Part shown: piece by piece, positions 53,112 through 61,346 of the stretch | How the letters are laid out: every line of letters begins with the position of its first letter | How positions within the stretch are numbered: the stretch's first letter is position 1 | NCBI GenBank assembly: GCA_963748315.1 | Contig: CAVVIK010000003.1 | Coordinates: forward strand, 4,996-68,995 | Reading direction: 5' to 3' | Source of the DNA: an uncultured Thermoleophilaceae bacterium | GTDB lineage: Bacteria > Actinomycetota > Thermoleophilia > Solirubrobacterales > Thermoleophilaceae | Length of the DNA: 64,000 nucleotides | Translations under genes and position numbers: made by a program | The notes under the pieces: generated by a model | What the model saw: only the letters and a program-made list of their open reading frames with translations | What the model was told of the DNA's origin: nothing | Databases searched by the model: none

Positions 53112-54032
53112 GTGACCAACAAACGTGCGAATTGGCGCGTTCTTGCGCGTTTCATCACGGCGTTTGCCGTCGCGGTGGCGGCCCTCCCTGGCACCGCGTC
53201 AGCCGGGTCGCCCGCGCTCGCCCAGGCCTACGCCGGGCTCGGGACCTGGATCGACATCTTCGACGACGCGGCGTGGGAGCACCCTGAGGCGACGGTGCGC
53301 GCGGCGTACCGCAAGGACGTGACGATCCTCTTCCTCCAGACCGCCAGCAGCCGGCCCGGGCGGGCCGTCCACCGCCCCGCGCGAACCGCGCGCTTCCTGC
53401 GCGCCGCGCACGAGCGCGGCATGACCGTGGTCGCGTGGTACCTCGCACCCTACGTGGACCGAAGGTACGAGACGCGCCGGGCGATCGCGGCGATCCAATT
53501 CGAGACGTTGGACGGCGAGCGCTTCGACTCGTTCGCGCTCGACATCGAGACGGCGGCGGACTCGCCGCCCGCTGCGGTTCGCAATCGCCGCCTACTGAAG
53601 ATGTCGGAGCAGCTGCGCGACGTGGCCGGGCCGCTGTACCCGCTCGGCGCGATCACTCCCTCACCCGCCGGCTTGGCGATGCCGCACGGGCAGGCGTGGT
53701 GGCCGGACTTCCCGTACCAGGACCTCTACGAGCTCTACGACGCGTTCCTACCGATGGGCTACTACACGTACCACGCGGAGACCGCCCACGACGCGTATCG
53801 CGACACGCGCCGCAACATCCGCTTGCTTCGACAGGAGACGGACGATCCGGACGTCCCGATCCACCTCATCGGCGGCGCGGCCGCTGACTCGAGCGGCGCC
53901 GAGGGACGGGCGTTCGCCCGCGCCGCCAACAACTACGGAGTGCTCGGCGCGAGCATGTACGACCAGATGACGATGGGCGCAGAGGACTGGCGGGCCGTAC
54001 GCGCCATCGAGTTTCAGCTGCCGCAACTCTAG
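53112..54032 (+). CDS. secreted hypothetical protein (possible glycoside-hydrolase-like TIM barrel)
   Basis: GTG 53112 gives the signal peptide VTNKRANWRVLARFITAFAVAVAALPGTASA. GLGTWIDIFDD...VAWYLAPY...FDSFALDIE...FLPMGYYTY follows. The fold guess is weak. Confidence 0.45.
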   Translation: MTNKRANWRVLARFITAFAVAVAALPGTASAGSPALAQAYAGLGTWIDIFDDAAWEHPEATVRAAYRKDVTILFLQTASSRPGRAVHRPARTARFLRAAHERGMTVVAWYLAPYVDRRYETRRAIAAIQFETLDGERFDSFALDIETAADSPPAAVRNRRLLKMSEQLRDVAGPLYPLGAITPSPAGLAMPHGQAWWPDFPYQDLYELYDAFLPMGYYTYHAETAHDAYRDTRRNIRLLRQETDDPDVPIHLIGGAAADSSGAEGRAFARAANNYGVLGASMYDQMTMGAEDWRAVRAIEFQLPQL

Positions 54033-54056
54033 GTATCCAGGGGGTTCTCCCCTCCG

Positions 54057-55348
54057 ATGCTCAAGACACCTCTCCTCGTACTCACCGCCCTGCTCGTCCT
54101 CCCGTCCGTCGCGTCGGCCGCGATGGTGACCGCGGACACGGAGCTCCGCCACGGCGCCCTGTTCGGACCGGTCAAGCTCAAAGCGAGCGCCGGCGAGCGG
54201 AACGTTCTCACGGTTACCCAGGCGAACGGCCAGCTGCGCTTCCACGACACTTCCAACCCGGTCGTCGCACAGGGCGACTGCGACCAGGTGGATGTGCACA
54301 CGGCGACGTGCCCTGTCACGGAAAACTTCGCCAGTGTCAGGCTGGCCAACCGCGACGACGAAGCCAAGGTCGAGGGCCGGGTCTTCATGTTCGGCGGCAG
54401 CGGTGACGACGTTCTGCGCGGCTCGCGCGGCGCGGACATCCTGCACGGCCAAAGCGACGCGGACCGCCTGATCGGCAAGGGAGGCAGCGACCGCCTTACC
54501 GCCGGCCCCGGGTCCGACACCGTGCTCGGCGGCGGCGGAGATGACGACCTGATCGACGGAGAGACGGACACGCGTCCCTTTACGGACGTATTCCGCGGCG
54601 GGCGCAGCCGCGACACAGCCGGTTCCGATCGCGGCGATCTGATCTCCTACTCGATGCGCGAGCGCGCGCTCGAGATCAGGCTCAGCCAGGGTCGGGACAC
54701 CCCCGACGGAGATGTGCTCAACAGCCTCGAGAGCGTCGAGGGCGGATCGGGGAATGACCGGATCGTGGGCGACTTCGACGACAACTGGCTCCAGGGCAAC
54801 GGCGGCAAGGACCGCCTGGATGGGCGGCACGGCGACGACACCGTCACGGGGGGCAGCGGCGACGACGACGTCCGCGGTGGCCCTGACGACGATCTTGTAT
54901 CGGGAGACGCGGGGCACGACCGGTTCAACGGTCAGGGGGACGACGACATGTTCATCGCGAACGACTCCGTCGCCGAGATGGATCAAGTGCAACCTCGGCT
55001 TCGACACCGCGCGCGTCACGCGCATCGACAAGCTCGTCGATTGTGAGGTCGCGAGCTCGGACCCGCTCTTCATCCGCGTTCGACCGGAGATCAGCGGCGA
55101 CACGGCCACGTTCCTGGTCGCGTGCCAGCAGTTGAACGGCTGCGACGGAACGCTGCAGCTCAGCGGCCCGGACGGGCAAGACTTTGGGCGCGGCACGTTC
55201 AATGATCTGCCGGACGACCCCGAGACGTTCTCACCGGTGATGGTCAACCTGACCGATGCTCGCCGTCGAGGCTCTCGCCGCCGGCGTCATCGTGCAGGTC
55301 GCGCACGGTGACACCGGCGGCTACAAGGCCTTCATGCAGAGCGGCTAG
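54057..55348 (+). pseudogene. RTX-type calcium-binding repeat secreted protein, two frame changes (~54,982 and ~55,255)
   Basis: The signal peptide is MLKTPLLVLTALLVLPSVASA. The repeats are GGSGDDVLRGSRGADILHGQSDADRLIGKGGSDRLTAGPGSDTVLGGGGDDDLIDG and GGSGNDRIVGDFDDNWLQGNGGKDRLDGRHGDDTVTGGSGDDDVRGGPDDDLVSGDAGHDRFNGQGDDD. IKCNLGFDTARVTRIDKLVDCEV is in the frame of ORF 54712-55311. The final LAVEALAAGVIVQVAHGDTGGYKAFMQSG* is in a third frame, with the stop at 55346-55348. Confidence 0.65.
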
Positions 55349-55872
55349 GCCTGCGGGTTCAGCATCGGGTGCTCGAGCCCGTACTTCTCGCACAGCTCGG
55401 CAACCGTCTCGGGCTGGAACTCGATGCCGTAGCGCTCGCCTAGCTCGCCGAACTGCTCCGGCTCCGGGCCGCCGCCCTCGACCAGCGTGCCGAGCTCGTC
55501 GAAGAAGTGCTCGAAGCCGCCGGGAGCGATGATCTCGAGGATCCGGCACGGCTCGTCGCCCGCGTTCCAGAACGTGTGCCACTGGTGGCGCGGCTTGAAC
55601 ACGGTGTCACCGGCCTCCGCGTAGACGACGTCATCCCCGAGGAGGGCGCCCATGCGGCCCTCGAGCACGTAGCTGTACTCATCCTCGCGCGAGTGCTTGT
55701 GGATCGGCGCGGCCAGGCGGCGCGGGGGCATCGGGTGCTCGAGGAGCGAGAACGAGCCGTTCGGGACGTCCTCGGTCCAGATCATCATCCGAGCGGCGAT
55801 CGAGCCGAGGTCGGCCAGCCTGCCGTCGTTCGGTCCGACGATCTTGGGGCCAGTCGTGGTTGCGGGTGCCAT
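55345..55872 (-). CDS. cupin domain protein
   Basis: ATG 55872 follows AAGGAGGAGG. The cupin motifs are HKHSREDEYSYVLEG and GDTVFKPRHQWHTFWN. Confidence 0.75.
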   Translation of the reverse strand: MAPATTTGPKIVGPNDGRLADLGSIAARMMIWTEDVPNGSFSLLEHPMPPRRLAAPIHKHSREDEYSYVLEGRMGALLGDDVVYAEAGDTVFKPRHQWHTFWNAGDEPCRILEIIAPGGFEHFFDELGTLVEGGGPEPEQFGELGERYGIEFQPETVAELCEKYGLEHPMLNPQA

Positions 55873-55957
55873 TGCGGTCCTCCTCCTTTTGGTTGAACAC
55901 TGCTGTATAGTGAACCTACCACCGTCCAAATCGTCTGTCAAGATTGATTGAACAAAG

Positions 55958-56560
55958 ATGTCTAACGAAACTCGCAAGTACACGAAACGGCGCCGCGCCG
56001 AGAGCGAGCAGGAGACCCGCCAGCGGATCACCGAAGCGGCCATGTCACTCCATGGAACGATCGGACCGGCACGGACCACGATCAGCGCGGTGGCCGACAA
56101 AGCGGGCGTCCAGCGGGCGACCGTCTACCGTCATTTCCCCGACGACGAGTCCCTGTTCGCGGCGTGCAGCGGTCATTACGCCGCTCTGAACCCTCCCCCC
56201 GACCTGACCGCCTGGAGCGAGGAGAAGGACGTCGATGCGCGTCTACGTCGAGCTCTGACCGAGATGTATTCGTGGTACGCGCGAACGGAGCCGATGCTCG
56301 AGAACGTGGTCCGCGACGCGCCGGTGGTTCCCGCGATGGGGGCAGCGGTCGCCAGGCGGCTTGCCTACCTCGACATGGTCTTGGACGCGGTGCTCAGCGG
56401 CCGGAGCGAACGTGGACACGCGCGACGAAGGGTGAAAGCTGCGCTCGCGCACGCTTTCGCATTCCCGACGTGGCAATCACTCGTCCGCGACAACGGCCTC
56501 GAGGAGACCGAGGCGGTGTCGCTGATGGCCGCGATGGTCGAGGCCGCGGGCCGTCCCTAG
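55958..56560 (+). CDS. TetR family transcriptional regulator
   Basis: The HTH region is TRQRITEAAMSLHGTIGPARTTISAVADKAGVQRATVYRHFPDDESLF. The gene is divergent from the cupin gene. Confidence 0.85.
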   Translation: MSNETRKYTKRRRAESEQETRQRITEAAMSLHGTIGPARTTISAVADKAGVQRATVYRHFPDDESLFAACSGHYAALNPPPDLTAWSEEKDVDARLRRALTEMYSWYARTEPMLENVVRDAPVVPAMGAAVARRLAYLDMVLDAVLSGRSERGHARRRVKAALAHAFAFPTWQSLVRDNGLEETEAVSLMAAMVEAAGRP

Positions 56561-57651
56561 CCGGGCTGGTAGTAGAACGCGACCGGGACGGACCCGGGTG
56601 GCCGGTCGAGCAGCTCGAGCGGGGACGCGCGTGCCGGCTCACTGGCTCGGAAGCGCAACCGCTCGAAGCTGTCGGTCTCCGTGGAGTCGACCAGCTTGAA
56701 CTCGGACGGCGGGCGGACGTCGATGCTCGGGTCCCCCCGGGTGTCGGCCCCGACCACCGCCAGCAGCAACAGGAGCAACGCGCCGGACGCCGCGATGACG
56801 CCGGCGACCTGCGCGCCCCGACGAGTCTCCGGATCCGCCCGTCTGATCAGCAGCCAGAACGACAAGAGGACGAGCGCGCCGCCGGCGATCGCGAGCGGAA
56901 CCTCGAGCGGTATGTCGTACCCCACCAAGAACTGCTTCGGAAATTGAGCGACGCGGGTCGCCAGCGCCGTCGCCTCGGGCTCACCGCCACCCGCCTGCTC
57001 GCTCTGTTCGACGATGAGCGGGATGAGCGCCGCGCCCGTGATGGCCGGCGGCACCATCGCGGCGATGACGGGCCGGCGTGCCGACGCGGCCATGTAGAGC
57101 CAGACCGCCTCCGGAACGATCACGAGCGCGGCGAAGTAGTGCGTTAGGAGCGCGGCGGCCGACGCGGCCGACCAACCGACCAGGTTCCAGTTCCGGCTTC
57201 CCGCGTCGCGCAACAAGCGTGCGAAGAACCAAAGCCCGAGCGCGGTCAGGAACATCAGCAGCGCATACGCCCGTGCCTCCTGCGCGTACCAGACAGCGAG
57301 CGGATTCACCGCCATGAGCAGCGCAGCGACCAGGCCGACGCGTGCGTTGACGAGCGTCTTGCCGATCGCGTACGCGACGGGCACGGTGGCGATCGACAGG
57401 ATCGCGGGCAGCGTTCGCAACCCGACCTCTCCCGTGCCGAAGAGCTGCGCCCAGAACCAGCTCAGCACGTAGTACAGCGGCGGCGTGCCCTCGAACTCCG
57501 GGATCTCGGACACCATCGATCCGAAGTCCATGCGCTGCAGGACGACCGTGTAGGTCTCGAAGTCGCCGAAGCTCTGGCTGTCGATCGTGGCGAGCCGGAG
57601 GAGCGCGGCGCCGACGACCGTCGCCCCCAGGAGGATCCCCGTGCGCTGCAC
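56557..57651 (-). CDS. GT-C (family 39/83-like) membrane glycosyltransferase-like protein
   Basis: GTG 57651 gives VQRTGILLGATVVGAALLRLATIDSQSF. Further on are GTPPLYYVLSWFWAQLFG...LRTLPAILSIATVPVAYAIG...AVNPLAVWYAQEARAYALLMFLTALGLWFF. The upstream part of ORF 56557-57813 overlaps the divergent gene. Confidence 0.6.
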   Translation of the reverse strand: MQRTGILLGATVVGAALLRLATIDSQSFGDFETYTVVLQRMDFGSMVSEIPEFEGTPPLYYVLSWFWAQLFGTGEVGLRTLPAILSIATVPVAYAIGKTLVNARVGLVAALLMAVNPLAVWYAQEARAYALLMFLTALGLWFFARLLRDAGSRNWNLVGWSAASAAALLTHYFAALVIVPEAVWLYMAASARRPVIAAMVPPAITGAALIPLIVEQSEQAGGGEPEATALATRVAQFPKQFLVGYDIPLEVPLAIAGGALVLLSFWLLIRRADPETRRGAQVAGVIAASGALLLLLLAVVGADTRGDPSIDVRPPSEFKLVDSTETDSFERLRFRASEPARASPLELLDRPPGSVPVAFYYQPG

Positions 57652-57703
57652 GGGCGGCGACTCTAGCGGCGCGTCTCGAATAACCAGATAGCGTGCCCGC
57701 GCA

Positions 57704-58345
57704 ATGACTGCGGAACGCCAGGCGGGCATCAGTGGGATCGCGGTCGCCGTGCTCTTCGGCACCGGTAGCGCGATCTGGGGGCTCGACATGCCCGAGGACG
57801 GCACCGCCGTCATCGACGTAATCGACTTCTACCGCGACACCGCCGACCGGATCGTCGTCGGGGCGTCCCTCAGCCTGCTCGCGATCGCCGCGTTCCTGTG
57901 GTTCGCGGCCGCGCTGCGCCGCGTCCTCGCCGACGCCGAGGGAAGCGACGTCCTGGCGACGACCGCCTTTGCCGGCGCGCTGCTCAGCATGGCGGCGGGG
58001 ATCGGCGCCGAGACGATCAACATGGCGGCCGCGCTCCGCGCGCAGGACGACGAGCTGAGCGACGAGCTCGCCCGGTCGCTGTTCGAGACCTCACAGGTGC
58101 TCGGCTCGGTCGCGACCGCCGTCGGGCTCGGGGTGTTCGCTCTGGCCACCGCCGCAGTCGCGCTCCGCAGCGGTCTCGTCCTGCCCCGCATCATCGCGAT
58201 CGCATTCGGGGTGCTGGGCGTGGTGCTGCTGAGCCCGCTCGCGCATGTCAACTGGCTCCCCGGCGCCGCCTTGGTCGTGATCACCCTCGTCACCGGCATC
58301 GTGATGCTCCGCGAGAACACAGGAGGAAGAACGCGCGGCCCGTAG
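57704..58345 (+). CDS. hypothetical membrane protein (DUF4386-like)
   Basis: The 213-aa ORF has 5-6 TM helices. Confidence 0.5.
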   Translation: MTAERQAGISGIAVAVLFGTGSAIWGLDMPEDGTAVIDVIDFYRDTADRIVVGASLSLLAIAAFLWFAAALRRVLADAEGSDVLATTAFAGALLSMAAGIGAETINMAAALRAQDDELSDELARSLFETSQVLGSVATAVGLGVFALATAAVALRSGLVLPRIIAIAFGVLGVVLLSPLAHVNWLPGAALVVITLVTGIVMLRENTGGRTRGP

Positions 58346-58360
58346 AACAGCGGGCATAAC

Positions 58361-58678
58361 GTGCGGAAACTCTTGCTCCTGTCTGCTGTCCTCGTCGTCG
58401 CCCTACCGGTTCCGGCGAGCGCACGCGAACCGTCCGGGCCGGTGGTGGCGCCCGAGTTCGCGAATAGCTTCCCGGCGCTCCTCCCCGTGCAGGAGACCGC
58501 GAAGGCCGATCCGCCGGCCTCGGGCGCTCTGGGGCCCGACGAGCGCGTACTGCTCGCCGCGACCTTCTGGCTGCTGCTGGCCGGCCTCGCGATCTCGCGC
58601 GCCGGCCGCCGGCCGGAGCACGATCCGACCCCGATCACGGGGTGGGTCCTCGGCTACGCGCCGCCGCTGCCTCGTTAG
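58361..58678 (+). CDS. small secreted / membrane-anchored hypothetical protein
   Basis: The signal peptide is MRKLLLLSAVLVVALPVPASA. The C-terminal TM is LLAATFWLLLAGLAI. Confidence 0.4.
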   Translation: MRKLLLLSAVLVVALPVPASAREPSGPVVAPEFANSFPALLPVQETAKADPPASGALGPDERVLLAATFWLLLAGLAISRAGRRPEHDPTPITGWVLGYAPPLPR

Positions 58679-59410
58679 CTAGCCGCTCGTCCTCAATCCA
58701 GCCGGGAACTGCGTGATCGTCTGGTTGCCGCTCTTGTCGCGCGCCAGCACCTCGCCCGCCGTCTTCGTGTCGGGCTTGAGGAACTCGCCCGGGATCGTCC
58801 CGCTCGTCGCGTCACCCGGCAGGTACATGTCGAACGTGCGCTCGCCCTGCTCGACGATCACCTCGTAGGTGACGATGTCGACGCCGGCCGGCTTCGTCAC
58901 GCGGTCCCAGGTGACGACGAAGCCATCCGGGTCGAGCGTCGAGTCCTTCGCCGGGAAGGTCAGGTTCGGCCCGTCCGGGATCAGATGCGAAAGCCGGTCG
59001 GAGCCGACCATCTTGCGGCCGGACGGCGTCTCGCCCCTGAAGCGGTACTTCCCCTCCGGGAACTGCTGCTTGAACTTGCTGAGCGGCACCTCGTCGAACG
59101 ACGGCTCGCTGGCCTCGAGGAAGAGCTCGGACAGGCCAACCTTGCGCACCTTTCCCTTCGTGTTCAGGTTGATCATCGTGTTGCCGTTCTTATCGAGGAG
59201 CTTGAAGTGCCTCCACTCCTCACCGTCCGCGAACAGCTGCAATCCGGCGTCCTTGTCGGTGTCGTTCGTCTCTATGTAGAGGTCGTGCGCCTCGAACTCG
59301 AGCGGCTTCTTGGCCGCCGTCTTGCCGTCACCGCCGCCTGCTGCGAGGGCCGCGCCGACGGTCCCCATCACTGCGATAGCGAATACGGCTACTCCAAGCC
59401 TGCGCCTCAT
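58679..59410 (-). CDS. secreted hypothetical protein
   Basis: ATG 59410 gives the signal peptide MRRRLGVAVFAIAVMGTVGAALAAGG. The rest has ordinary globular composition (LEFEAHDLYIETNDTDKDAGLQLFADGEEWRHFKLLDKNGN...). Confidence 0.55.
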   Translation of the reverse strand: MRRRLGVAVFAIAVMGTVGAALAAGGGDGKTAAKKPLEFEAHDLYIETNDTDKDAGLQLFADGEEWRHFKLLDKNGNTMINLNTKGKVRKVGLSELFLEASEPSFDEVPLSKFKQQFPEGKYRFRGETPSGRKMVGSDRLSHLIPDGPNLTFPAKDSTLDPDGFVVTWDRVTKPAGVDIVTYEVIVEQGERTFDMYLPGDATSGTIPGEFLKPDTKTAGEVLARDKSGNQTITQFPAGLRTSG

Positions 59411-59488
59411 CTCGATCTCCCGGGTCGTGTGTCTCGACGCGCCGACGCTAACTCGCACATATGAGGCCGAAATGAGAGGCTCTCCCCG

Positions 59489-60172
59489 ATGGCGACTTTC
59501 GTCCTGCTGCACGGCGCCTGGCACGACGCCTCCTGCTGGGACCAGCTGATCCCCGAGCTGCGCGAGCGCGGACACGAGGGGATCGCACCCGCGCTACCGC
59601 TCGACGACCCCGAAGCGACGTTCGAGGACCGCGCACGCCCGGCAATCGAAGCGAGCGTGAACGTGGCAGGACCGGTGATCGTCGTAGGCCACTCGATGAG
59701 CTCCGCGTACGCGCCTCTCGTCGCGGACGCGCTGGACGGCGCGCTGCTCGTTCACCTGTGCCCGAGCCTCTCCCCCTTCCCGCCACCGCCCGAGGCGCCG
59801 GACAAGTTCCGGCCCGAGCTGCCGTTCCCGCCCGCTCGCCCCGACGGCTCGACCGTCTGGGACCCCGACGAGGCGCTCGAGTCGATCTACGCTCGCCTGC
59901 CGGAGCCGACGGCGCGCGAGCTTGCCGAGCGGCTGTGCCCGATGTCGCCGCCGCCGGACGAATTCCCGCTCGACGGCCACCCGGACGTGCCCACCGTCCT
60001 GATCTATGCGGCCGACGACGAGTTCTTCAACCCCGACTGGGAGCGGTTCATGGCGCGCGAGGTGCTCGGGCTCGAGCCGATCGAGATCCCCGGCGGGCAC
60101 TTCCCCATGGCCGAGGACCCGGTGGCGCTCGCAGATCTGCTGGCTTCGCTCGCGGAGCGCCCCGGTACCTAG
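59489..60172 (+). CDS. alpha/beta hydrolase
   Basis: The oxyanion region is FVLLHGAWH. The nucleophile elbow is VVGHSMS. The C-terminal GGHFPMAEDP carries the catalytic His. Confidence 0.8.
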   Translation: MATFVLLHGAWHDASCWDQLIPELRERGHEGIAPALPLDDPEATFEDRARPAIEASVNVAGPVIVVGHSMSSAYAPLVADALDGALLVHLCPSLSPFPPPPEAPDKFRPELPFPPARPDGSTVWDPDEALESIYARLPEPTARELAERLCPMSPPPDEFPLDGHPDVPTVLIYAADDEFFNPDWERFMAREVLGLEPIEIPGGHFPMAEDPVALADLLASLAERPGT

Positions 60173-61333
60173 TCAGTGCTCGACGTCCACGTCGAAGCCG
60201 GCGGCGCGCATCGCCTCGGTGATCTCGAGCGCGTGCTCCACGCCGCGCGTCTGGATGACCAGCCGGATCAGGGTCTCGCGCACGTGCAGGTCGACGCCCT
60301 CGCGCAGGTGCTCGACGTCGACGATGTTCGCGCTGTGATCCGCGACGACCCGCAGTAGCGCGTCGAGCGCACCGGGGCGGTCGGGGACCACCGTCTTCAG
60401 CACAGCGCGCCGCCCCGCCGCGGTCTCCCCCATCCGGATGCACTCCGCCAGGAGCGACGCGTCGACGTTGCCGCCCGACAGCACGATGCACGCCGATCCG
60501 CTCGGGGGCGCCTCGACGCGGCCGCACAGCACCGCTGCCACACCCGCGGCGCCCGCGCCCTCCACGACGAGCTTCGATCGGTCGATCAGGTGCACCATCG
60601 CCTGGGCGATGTCGTCGTCGGAGACGGCAACCACGTCGTCCACGTGTTCCTCGACCAGTCGCGCGGTCAACTCGGCGGGCTTCTTGACGGCGATGCCGTC
60701 GGCGATCGTCCGTTTCGTGCGCTCAGCCGCCTGGACCGCGACGATCCGCACTCCGTCGAGCCGATCCTTCGCGGCTATCGCGACGCCCGAGACGAGCCCG
60801 CCACCGCCCATCGGCACGACGACCAGCCGCGTCTCCGGCGCATCCTGGGCGATCTCGAGAGCGACGGTTCCCTGACCCGCGATCACATCGGGGTCGGCGA
60901 ACGCGTGGATCAGCGACAACCCGTCGGCCTCGGCCAGCTTGCGGGCGGCCTCCTGCGCATCCTCGTAGCTGCCTTCGACGAGTTGAACGTCCGCGCCCAG
61001 CGCGCGTACCGCCTCGAGCTTCGCAAGCGGGCAGTCGGCGGGCATGCAGACCGTGACCGTCGCGCCGGCGTCCGCCGCGGCACGCGCCACGGCCTGGGCG
61101 TGATTGCCCGCACTGGCCGCGACGAGGCCGCGCTCGAGGCGCTCGCGCGGCAGCTTCGCGATCGCGTTGGTCGCGCCGCGCAGCTTGAATGACCCGGTGG
61201 CCTGGAGGTTCTCCGCCTTCAGCCCAACGGGCACGCCGAGCTGCTGCGACAGCGAGTCGGAGGCGAGGATCGGCGTGCGCCAGGCGAACCGCTCGACGCG
61301 GGCTTGGGCGTCCTCGATGTCAGCCGGAGTTAC
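60173..61333 (-). CDS. ilvA: threonine ammonia-lyase (threonine dehydratase), short form with one ACT-like domain
   Basis: The PLP site is TGSFKLRGA, followed by ASAGNHAQAVA, a GGGGL loop and a C-terminal ACT-like domain. The conserved N-terminus VTPADIEDAQARVERFAWRTPILASDSLSQQLG lies upstream of GTG 61234 with no ATG, GTG or TTG in frame. The candidate first codon is GTA at 61331-61333. Confidence 0.8.
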   Translation of the reverse strand, partial: VTPADIEDAQARVERFAWRTPILASDSLSQQLGVPVGLKAENLQATGSFKLRGATNAIAKLPRERLERGLVAASAGNHAQAVARAAADAGATVTVCMPADCPLAKLEAVRALGADVQLVEGSYEDAQEAARKLAEADGLSLIHAFADPDVIAGQGTVALEIAQDAPETRLVVVPMGGGGLVSGVAIAAKDRLDGVRIVAVQAAERTKRTIADGIAVKKPAELTARLVEEHVDDVVAVSDDDIAQAMVHLIDRSKLVVEGAGAAGVAAVLCGRVEAPPSGSACIVLSGGNVDASLLAECIRMGETAAGRRAVLKTVVPDRPGALDALLRVVADHSANIVDVEHLREGVDLHVRETLIRLVIQTRGVEHALEITEAMRAAGFDVDVEH

Positions 61334-61346
61334 GACGCCGAGAAGG

